A stretch of DNA of 24,439 nt from Candidatus Odinarchaeia archaeon. Lineage in GTDB: Archaea; Asgardarchaeota; Odinarchaeia; Odinarchaeales; Odinarchaeaceae. How positions within the stretch are numbered: position 1 is the stretch's first letter; the number at the start of each line of letters is the position of its first letter. Positions 17,297-24,439 of this stretch are shown here, piece after piece. The notes under the pieces are model-generated. The model was not told where the DNA came from and made no database searches. It worked only from the letters and a program-made list of their open reading frames with translations. A program made the position numbers and the translations under genes. The DNA lies in contig JAHQXC010000011.1 of NCBI GenBank assembly GCA_029856525.1, forward strand, positions 1 to 24,439, in the 5' to 3' direction.

Positions 17297-18391
17297 ATGT
17301 TTGAGTTTAAAGACAGCCAGCTCGCTAATCGAATAATTGAAGAGCTTAAAAAAATGAATTTAAATATCCGTCTAATGCATGCGTGTGGAACACATCAAGA
17401 CACTCTTATTAAATCAGGGTTGAACAGTGTCTTCAAAGAATTAGGGATTGAAATACGTCAGGGTCCAGGCTGCCCGATATGTGTAACACCCGCTAATGAA
17501 ATAGAAGAAGCGATTGTATTAGCCGAGCACGGTTTAACTCTCACAGTATTCGGGGATGCTATGCGCGTAACAGGGTTCTCTAAATCTCTTTACGATGCGA
17601 GAGCGGAGGGCTGTGATGTTCGCATAGTTTACAGTATAAGTGACGCGGTTAAAATCGCCGAGGGGAACCCTGATAAAAAAGTTGTTTTTCTAGCGATAGG
17701 CTTCGAGACAACCGCGCCGGCTACAGCATCCACACTTCTACACGGTGTCCCTGAAAACTTTTATATTCTCTCATCTCACAGATATTTTCCACCAGCTTTA
17801 GACGTTCTTCTCTCTCTCGGCGAAATTAGATTAGACGGTTTGATTCAACCGGGTCATGTGAGTGTGATAACCGGTTTATCCCCATACTACCACCTGCTTA
17901 GAAAGTATAATATTCCTCAAGTGGTAGCTGGATTCGAACCTTTAGATATGCTGCTCGCCGTTTATTCTTTAAGCAAGCAGATTAAAGCAGGCACGCCTAA
18001 AGTTGAAAACGAGTATACTAGAGCTGTAACCGAGGAGGGTAATATTTTAGCAAAAGAATATTTGAGCAAGGTCTTTGAGCCTTATGATGTAGTATGGCGG
18101 GGGTTCCCTTTAGTTAAATCCTCTGGTATGCGTTTGAAAAAAGAATTCAAAGATAAGGATGCTAGGATAGTATTCGCTGATATCTTAGCGGGTGTAAACG
18201 TTCAAGATTACGAGGAGCCGAAGGGTTGTAGATGTAATGAAATTTTAAGAGGTCTAGTTGACTCCTTCGACTGCCCTCTATTCGGTAATAAATGTACTCC
18301 AGACCATCCTGTTGGACCTTGCATGGTTTCTATTGAAGGAAACTGTAATATTAATTACAGGTATACTGGAGGTAGAAGGATTAAAGTTTAA
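17297..18391 (+). CDS. hypD: Hydrogenase maturation protein HypD
   Basis: MHACGTH, GPGCPICVT, FGDAMRV, GFETTAP, PGHVS, GFEPLD and the C-terminal CRC..CPLF..CTP..GPCMVS.EG.C cluster. Confidence 0.96.
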   Translation: MFEFKDSQLANRIIEELKKMNLNIRLMHACGTHQDTLIKSGLNSVFKELGIEIRQGPGCPICVTPANEIEEAIVLAEHGLTLTVFGDAMRVTGFSKSLYDARAEGCDVRIVYSISDAVKIAEGNPDKKVVFLAIGFETTAPATASTLLHGVPENFYILSSHRYFPPALDVLLSLGEIRLDGLIQPGHVSVITGLSPYYHLLRKYNIPQVVAGFEPLDMLLAVYSLSKQIKAGTPKVENEYTRAVTEEGNILAKEYLSKVFEPYDVVWRGFPLVKSSGMRLKKEFKDKDARIVFADILAGVNVQDYEEPKGCRCNEILRGLVDSFDCPLFGNKCTPDHPVGPCMVSIEGNCNINYRYTGGRRIKV

Positions 18392-19434
18392 CATATTCTA
18401 GGCACAGGGTCTCCTAACGGTGGGGGTATGATTCTTCTCCCTCCTAGTTCGGTTTCCAAAACCACGCCTTCAAATTTCACTGTAGCTTCGCCTATAATCT
18501 CAGCATCTCTCCCATACTTATCTTTTCTTATAGCTTGTAAAACGTCTTCGGCTTTTTCTTTAACTGTGGCTATGATCATCTTTCCCTCGTTTCCAATCTC
18601 CAAGGGGTCTATTCCAAGCATGTTACAAGCCGCTTTCACACTATCTCTTACCGGTATTTTCTCCTCGTAGATTTTAATGCCTATATTAGATTTATCCGCC
18701 CATTCGTTGAGGAGATTAGCAAGTCCGCCTCTTGTAGGATCTTTCATGGCTACAACACCGCCAGCTTTAAGAGCTTTTTCAACAAGCTTATTTAAAGGAG
18801 CTACGTCAGATTTAACGTTGCTTTCAAAACCGTAGCCTTCTCTGACAGATAGTAGCGCTACACCGTGGTCTCCTATATACCCTGATGAGATTATCACATC
18901 CCCGTCTCTTATATTAGAGTCAAGCAGCCAGTTTGAATTAAAAGCTCTGAAAGAGCGAGCTACCTCTATATTGCTATCTAAATATTTGCTTCTTCTCCCT
19001 ATTCCTGAAACATTTACCACGAATTTATCTAAACCCCCTTTTTCAATCACTTTAGTGTCGCCTGTTACAACGTAGACTCCAGCTTCATCGCATGTCGCTT
19101 TCATGCTATCCACTATTCTATCGAAGTCGTGGATAGGCAGCCCTTCTTCTATGATAAAGCCGGCTGCTAAAGCTATAGGCTCCCCTCCTAAAGCCGCTAT
19201 GTCGTTTACTGTTCCACTTATAGATATTCTCCCTAAATCACCTCCAGGGAAAAATATAGGTTTAACTGTGTGATTATCAGATTTTAGAATAATTCCGTCA
19301 ACAACAGCGGCGTCATCTAATGCTTCAAGTGGGACTTCAACCCCGCTTCCTCCAAGTTTACTTAGAATATGTGTTTTAATAAATTCTTGCATGACGCTTC
19401 CGCCGGCTCCGTGAGAGATAGTGATATAATCCAT
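18388..19434 (-). CDS. hypE: Hydrogenase maturation carbamoyl dehydratase HypE
   Basis: HGAGG, PIFFPGGDLG, GTVND, VTGDTKV, MKDPTRGGL, NEG and C-terminal PRIC. ATG 19434 (after an AGGTGA RBS) is preferred over track TTG 19461. Confidence 0.96.
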   Translation of the reverse strand: MDYITISHGAGGSVMQEFIKTHILSKLGGSGVEVPLEALDDAAVVDGIILKSDNHTVKPIFFPGGDLGRISISGTVNDIAALGGEPIALAAGFIIEEGLPIHDFDRIVDSMKATCDEAGVYVVTGDTKVIEKGGLDKFVVNVSGIGRRSKYLDSNIEVARSFRAFNSNWLLDSNIRDGDVIISSGYIGDHGVALLSVREGYGFESNVKSDVAPLNKLVEKALKAGGVVAMKDPTRGGLANLLNEWADKSNIGIKIYEEKIPVRDSVKAACNMLGIDPLEIGNEGKMIIATVKEKAEDVLQAIRKDKYGRDAEIIGEATVKFEGVVLETELGGRRIIPPPLGDPVPRIC

Positions 19435-19553
19435 GAGCTCACCTTTAAGAACGGTTAACAATACGAGAAATATGCTATTATATTTAATAACATTATCTAT
19501 TCATACTTCTCTAGTGGAAAGCGATTTATATCGAAACAGGTTATATTATCTCC

Positions 19554-20726
19554 ATGTTTATTAGGTTTAAAACGTTCATCGTTTTTTTACCTATACTGTT
19601 TTTAGTAATCTATCCGCCGGTTTCTATTCAACAACCTTTAGGTTTCACAAATATAGATAGTAATATTATAGATTTATATAGTGTAAAATATAATATAGAA
19701 TTTAATATTAGCTTTAATAATCCCAGTGCCTCTAATATAGATAACCTTGAAATCTGGGTTAGTGCGATCACTAATCGTACATCCGGGGGCTTATATGATT
19801 CTATTCTCCAAGCCGCGGATTTAATATCTGTGAATCCTACTCCAAACACTGTTCTCCCTGATGTTAATAATCCTGACAACCAGCTTTTATATTTCAATGC
19901 TTCTATTCCGCCTTATTCAAATTATAGTATAATTATACGCTATAATATTTCCTCTTTTGAAAAAATATGGTTTATTAATCCTACTAGACTTGTGAATTAT
20001 AATACTTCAAGTGGAATATACTTGAATTATACTAAACCTGAGCCTTTCATAGAATCTGATAATCCTTTGATTATATCTGTTGCAAGAGAGCTTGCAGCTG
20101 GTGTTGAGAACCCTCTGCTGGTTGTGAAAAAGTTCTATGACTGGGTTTCAACTAATATTCGATACCAGCTTCAATCTGAGGAGAAGGGTGCTCTCTGGGC
20201 TTTAGAGAATATGAGAGGAGACTGCTCTGAGTACGCTGATCTTTTTATCGCATTATGTAGGGCTTACGGTATCCCTGCTAGAAAGATTATAGGCTGGGCT
20301 TTCTCAGATTTAGTTGGTAATTTATCGCCTGGATCTCATCGCTATATTAATTACTCTGCTCACGCATGGGTTGAAGTCTATTTTGAGCAATACGGTTGGA
20401 TGATATTAGATCCTACTTGGGGTAGTTCAGGCTACTATTATTTCGGGCGGGTTGATCCTTTTCATCTGATTACAATAATAGGAGAGAATGTTTCAACTAC
20501 AGATTTTAACGCGACTGAATTCAGTTTTATGGCCTACCGGGTTAGCGGCTCCCCCGGTCTTTCGTATAGTATTAGCATAATCTTAGATTTAAGCGAGGTG
20601 TCATCTTTGAATAGGTTTTCCAGCTTCGAATATCTTTCTATGATTATAGTCGCGTTAATTATAATATTATTTATCACAGGTTTTATTTCTAAACGCGCTT
20701 TAAAAACAGGTTTAAAATCTGTTTAA
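19554..20726 (+). CDS. Secreted, membrane-anchored transglutaminase-like (cysteine protease fold) protein
   Basis: N-terminal signal/TM segment, triad motifs GDCSEYA, HAWVE and LDPT, C-terminal TM followed by a basic tail, and 11 N-X-S/T sequons by hand count. Confidence 0.85.
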   Translation: MFIRFKTFIVFLPILFLVIYPPVSIQQPLGFTNIDSNIIDLYSVKYNIEFNISFNNPSASNIDNLEIWVSAITNRTSGGLYDSILQAADLISVNPTPNTVLPDVNNPDNQLLYFNASIPPYSNYSIIIRYNISSFEKIWFINPTRLVNYNTSSGIYLNYTKPEPFIESDNPLIISVARELAAGVENPLLVVKKFYDWVSTNIRYQLQSEEKGALWALENMRGDCSEYADLFIALCRAYGIPARKIIGWAFSDLVGNLSPGSHRYINYSAHAWVEVYFEQYGWMILDPTWGSSGYYYFGRVDPFHLITIIGENVSTTDFNATEFSFMAYRVSGSPGLSYSISIILDLSEVSSLNRFSSFEYLSMIIVALIIILFITGFISKRALKTGLKSV

Positions 20727-20737
20727 ATATTTTAACG

Positions 20738-21643
20738 CTATTTATAGTATGGTTCCCTCACCATGATCGCGTTTTTAAATATTTCTAGGAGGCGTTTTTC
20801 ACTTTCTCCTCGTCGAAGAGGTGTTAAAATATCTTGAAGGTTATCATCTCTCATAAGACACGGCTTCAGGAAACCGTTGCTTGTTAATCTTATACGTGTA
20901 CAATTGGCGCAGAACTCACTGTTATGGACTGGTCTTACAACTTCAACTTCAACACCTGTTTTCAAATAATATTTCCTCCTTTTCTGCATCTCCCTCTCAA
21001 CCACTCTAGTGGATATTGCGCGCAGCTTCCTCTCAACCTCTTTTAAATCGTCATGATACTGCTCGTATAATCTTCCTAGAGGGATAAGTTCTATTAACTG
21101 GAGGATGACATGTTTATTTTGAGCCCATTCTATCATGGTTTCAATTTCATCCGTGTTGATGTCTTTTAATATAACCATGTTAATTTTAACAGGGTTAAGA
21201 CCGACATTAACAGCTTTTTCTATTCCCTCCTGCACCTTTTTTAAAGCATCCACTCCTGTTATATTTTTATATTTAACAGGGTTTATCGTATCTAAGCTGA
21301 CGTTTACACGGTTTAATCCAGCTTTTTTCATTTCTAGAGCTTTCTCGTTTAAGAGGACACCGTTAGTGGTCATCGAAATTTCTTTTATATCTTCGATCTG
21401 TCTGATTTTTTTTATTATCTCTGCGATATCAGAGCGGAGCAGAGGCTCTCCGCCGGTGATTTTAACTTTTTTAATTCCGAGTTTAGCAGCTAAACCTGTA
21501 ATCTTAGCTATTTCATCAGGTGTCATAGTATTTTTTTCAGTTTCTTTTTCTCCTTCGTGATGACAGTAATAGCATTTTAGATTACACTGCTGTGTTACTG
21601 AGATGCGGAGGTTTGTGACATCACGCCCGTATTGATCCTTTAT
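20738..21643 (-). CDS. moaA: GTP 3',8-cyclase MoaA (radical SAM)
   Basis: Track ORF has KITGGEPLLR, TTNG, NVSLD and FCANCTRIRLTSNGFLKPC. The frame continues upstream of 21526 to KDQYGRDVTNLRISVTQQCNLKCYYCHHEG (CxxxCxxC). Start inferred at ATA 21643. Confidence 0.9.
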   Translation of the reverse strand: MKDQYGRDVTNLRISVTQQCNLKCYYCHHEGEKETEKNTMTPDEIAKITGLAAKLGIKKVKITGGEPLLRSDIAEIIKKIRQIEDIKEISMTTNGVLLNEKALEMKKAGLNRVNVSLDTINPVKYKNITGVDALKKVQEGIEKAVNVGLNPVKINMVILKDINTDEIETMIEWAQNKHVILQLIELIPLGRLYEQYHDDLKEVERKLRAISTRVVEREMQKRRKYYLKTGVEVEVVRPVHNSEFCANCTRIRLTSNGFLKPCLMRDDNLQDILTPLRRGESEKRLLEIFKNAIMVREPYYK

Positions 21644-21649
21644 TTTTAC

Positions 21650-21656
21650 TCCTCCT
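21650..21656 (-). promoter_or_regulatory. Shine-Dalgarno AGGAGGA for moaA
   Basis: AGGAGGA lies 6 nt upstream of the in-frame ATA at 21643. Confidence 0.65.
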
Positions 21657-21780
21657 GACGGTTTTAAAATCGTAAGGGTATCTATGCTATTTCAAACTTG
21701 ATATTTTAGTTTTGCTGAGATTAGTTACTCAAATTTTAGTAGTTACTTTTATATAATTAATTTAACTACATTGCGAAACC

Positions 21781-22386
21781 ATGTCTCTATTAAATAAAAA
21801 TAATATTACGGTGAAAATAGCCGGCGGAGCTGTTTTCTCAGCTATCTCAATCGGCTTAGCCTTATCTATTTCACCTATCGTGCCTAGGGTGCCAGGCTGG
21901 GGTATAGCGTTCATAGACCCTGTCTCCATAATCTGGGTTTTATGCTTCCTCATCTTCGGTTTACTAGCGGCTTTAATATGCGCGTTTTCAGGTTTCGCGG
22001 CGCTTTTCTATGTAGATCCGTTTATTCCATGGGGTCCCTTATTTAAATTAACCGCCACTCTACCGTTAATTATCATTCCATATATCTTAGTGAAATACTT
22101 TAAAAATCAGTCTAGTCAGCCCCTCGGTTTAAAATTAGAGAAACCCTCTTTCTATCTTCTATCCACGCTACCTGCGATTATAGTCAGATGTGCAGTTATG
22201 GGTTTTGTCAACATATTATTCTTCATATTTATTCTAGGCGAGGGCGCTATAACCGCTGTAGGCGGGCTGCTGACTGTTCTAATCATGGCGGTGGCTATAA
22301 ACGCTGAGCAAAGCATCTGGGATTTATACATACCATGGTTACTAACATATCCAACGAAAATATATAGAACATATAAATTATGGTGA
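21781..22386 (+). CDS. Integral membrane protein, ECF transporter S-component-like
   Basis: 201 aa with about 5-6 TM. N-terminal KIAGGAVFSAI and xIDPVSIxxxL..LIFG..AA pattern are reminiscent of S-components. Substrate unknown. Confidence 0.55.
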   Translation: MSLLNKNNITVKIAGGAVFSAISIGLALSISPIVPRVPGWGIAFIDPVSIIWVLCFLIFGLLAALICAFSGFAALFYVDPFIPWGPLFKLTATLPLIIIPYILVKYFKNQSSQPLGLKLEKPSFYLLSTLPAIIVRCAVMGFVNILFFIFILGEGAITAVGGLLTVLIMAVAINAEQSIWDLYIPWLLTYPTKIYRTYKLW

Positions 22387-22618
22387 ATTCAACGCTTCAA
22401 TGCTGAACTCTGTGAACTTAATTTTTCCTCGCATAAAACTATCTTTAAGCTTGCAGTTCAACCTTCCAGCTAGCCACTCCGCTTTCGAAGACGATCTCCG
22501 CTGGGATTTAGTAAACCTTTATATTCTAAAATTTTTTTATTAAAATAGACTTATTTGAAGATAACCCGCTGCCCTCATCTAAACTTATGGTTTTAGTTGA
22601 ACCACAGGTTGTGCGTTA

Positions 22619-24439
22619 ATGAATCCAACACCTTTAATCTTCGACTCAAATTTTTTTATAATAGGTTTCAAAGATACGCCTGACAGTTTAAACGAATTTA
22701 TTTCTATATGTGAGAGGCACGGTTACCAGTTATATACTTCACTTAAAGTCTTCCAGGAATTAGACTGGCGTATAAGAGGTCATCTTTTAAACAGAGTACG
22801 TGTATTAAATATTGAGAAAAAAGAAGTTGATATTTTTATAAGTAAAAACAGGGATAGACTTTCTCTTCCACCTCAGAGACCTGATATAACTTTGCTCATT
22901 CTTTTAAGCCGGTTGGATAACGCTTTACTGGTTTCAAGCGATTTAAATCTTGTTCAAACCGTGAATCTCCTCAACAATAATAACACAGCAATAATGGGAA
23001 GCGCTTTTCTGCTTAAAATGATGGAGGAGGAGCATGACGCGCGGGTTAAATACCAGTTATGGCAGCTTAGAGAAAAAATTTACAATGAAGAGATAAGGTA
23101 TAGTATTCAAAGGAAAGCCTTCTACGACCCTGTCACCCGTATAAAACTAATAGAACAGCAGTCAATTGACATTATAAAAAATATATCTACACCTGTTAAT
23201 GAAAGCTACGAATGGTCCACGCCGGAGGCTAACCAGCTTATAGAGCTTCTAAGTAATGTAAGAGCAGATTACCGTAAGTTTATAGAAGAAATCAATGAAG
23301 GAAGATACGAGGCTCTTATCAACTCTTTTAATAATATTAGAAGAGAAATCTATAATACGCTGCTTCTTTTAAACTGGCAGATAGATCGGAGTGAAGCTGA
23401 AAAACTGATGCGGATCGTAGCACCTGATCTTACATTACTAAACTATTTAACAGCTATATGCTATGTTTACATGGGTGGTAAAGATAACTTGTACAATGCT
23501 TTTAGAAGATTAGAGAGCGCAAGCGGAACTCTTATGCTCAGCCCTATCCCCTCTAAAATTTATAGGGAGCTTATGATCGCCGTTCATCAGCTTAGAATTA
23601 TCGTGTTAATTTTATTGAAGCGTTATGATGAAGCCGGCTTCTATTTCTCATTATTTGAGAGAAAATGCGAGGAATGGGGGTTTCACAAGCAGTTCGAGTT
23701 TTCTAAAGGTATATACTATGCATTGATTAATTTAAACGGTGGACAGTTAATTGATAAAATATCTGATACTAAATATATTACGCCGGCTTTAAGATTTCTA
23801 ATAGACTTAGCCTATCAACTATTCATATTAAATCAAGTAAATGAAATGAAGATCATTTTAAACCAAGCTTTCATATTAAACACGGAGTTGAAAGACGAGA
23901 AATATTTTCGTGAAATAGTGAATCTGACCCTTCTGTTATATTATTCAACCGATCGCACGGATATTCTCCTAGATTTAATAAAATTCACGGAAGGAGCTAA
24001 AAACACACTTTCATATATCGGTAAGCCAACCGTGGACTTCGAAAATATTCTAGGCGAAATAAAATATAGGAAGATTCCTTTAGTCCCGGAGATTTCAGGT
24101 AAAAATGTACCCGCTAACACTCTACCCGCAGCGCTCTTAGATTGGATGACTGTCTATAAAGTACTGGATTCAGATCATAAAGAGAATAAGATAAGCGTGT
24201 TCTGCAGAAACTGGAAGCTCGGACTTAACATTCTAATAAATATATTTAAAGATAAAATCCCCCGTCCCATCAACCAGGGGGATATTATAAAAATAGGGGA
24301 GGGCTATTATAAAATTTTAAAGAGCAAAAAACAAATAAATCAGAGATTTAATATATCATTGGAAATAACCCCTGAACGGAATAATTCTAAGCTTTACATT
24401 CAAGGTTCTCAAGGTTTTAAATGCATAGATCTATGCGAT
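22619..24439 (+). CDS. PIN-domain protein with long helical/TPR-like region and beta-rich C-terminal region (3' partial)
   Basis: Hand translation is open from ATG 22619 to the window end (607 codons). N-terminus LIFDSN(D9)..VFQEL(E47)..QRPD(D89)..LVSSDLNL(D108) has PIN acidic spacing. Not in the track because there is no stop. Confidence 0.8.
   Translation, partial: MNPTPLIFDSNFFIIGFKDTPDSLNEFISICERHGYQLYTSLKVFQELDWRIRGHLLNRVRVLNIEKKEVDIFISKNRDRLSLPPQRPDITLLILLSRLDNALLVSSDLNLVQTVNLLNNNNTAIMGSAFLLKMMEEEHDARVKYQLWQLREKIYNEEIRYSIQRKAFYDPVTRIKLIEQQSIDIIKNISTPVNESYEWSTPEANQLIELLSNVRADYRKFIEEINEGRYEALINSFNNIRREIYNTLLLLNWQIDRSEAEKLMRIVAPDLTLLNYLTAICYVYMGGKDNLYNAFRRLESASGTLMLSPIPSKIYRELMIAVHQLRIIVLILLKRYDEAGFYFSLFERKCEEWGFHKQFEFSKGIYYALINLNGGQLIDKISDTKYITPALRFLIDLAYQLFILNQVNEMKIILNQAFILNTELKDEKYFREIVNLTLLLYYSTDRTDILLDLIKFTEGAKNTLSYIGKPTVDFENILGEIKYRKIPLVPEISGKNVPANTLPAALLDWMTVYKVLDSDHKENKISVFCRNWKLGLNILINIFKDKIPRPINQGDIIKIGEGYYKILKSKKQINQRFNISLEITPERNNSKLYIQGSQGFKCIDLCD

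Noticed and set aside
16490-21953. Track ORFs at 16490-16747, 18428-18670, 19628-19897, 21135-21560 and 21762-21953
   Set aside because: They overlap supported genes in another frame or strand and have no motifs.
22384-22520. Minus-strand stop-free stretch (FTKSQRRSSSKAEWLAGRLNCKL...)
   Set aside because: It is bounded by an upstream in-frame TAA, has no suitable start for its 5' half, is short, and matches no family I recognise.
1-24439. CRISPR array, rRNA, integrase/prophage, selenoprotein recoding
   Set aside because: No regularly spaced repeats, rRNA-like tracts, recombinase ORFs or in-frame TGA within conserved domains were seen by eye.

Overview
Archaeal chromosomal window, AT-rich and gene-dense, mostly housekeeping. 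It has archaeal-type ThrRS, Trm1, a DUF61 gene, a histone-fold gene and a BHB-intron tRNA. Lineage cannot be fixed without a search; a thermophilic TACK/Asgard (Odinarchaeia-like) source is only my impression. Order: a partial EMC6-like membrane gene divergent from rqcH/NFACT; a CBS-CBS-pyrC-fumarate hydratase alpha/beta run; DUF61; a COG1395-type HTH regulator; trm1 convergent with rlmE; hypF; thrS; a 59-aa alpha3-truncated histone; tRNA-Arg(GCG) with two introns; nif3; a zinc-ribbon membrane protein; hypC-hypD convergent with hypE; a surface transglutaminase-like protein; moaA; an ECF S-component-like protein; and a >607-aa PIN-plus-helical protein running off the end. Four genes are absent from the ORF track (EMC6-like, histone, tRNA, PIN protein) and moaA is truncated in it. 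Best leads: (1) the two-intron tRNA, whose anticodon intron is complementary to the T-arm splice junction; (2) an unexplained GC-rich three-way-junction/pseudoknot element at 16783-16916; (3) an orphan PIN-helical protein; (4) an editing-domain-less ThrRS with an apparent Cys-to-Asp change at the zinc site; (5) an apparent AUA start for moaA; (6) a possible IS200/IS605-type remnant extending HypF. No complete novel multi-gene system is demonstrable from sequence alone.
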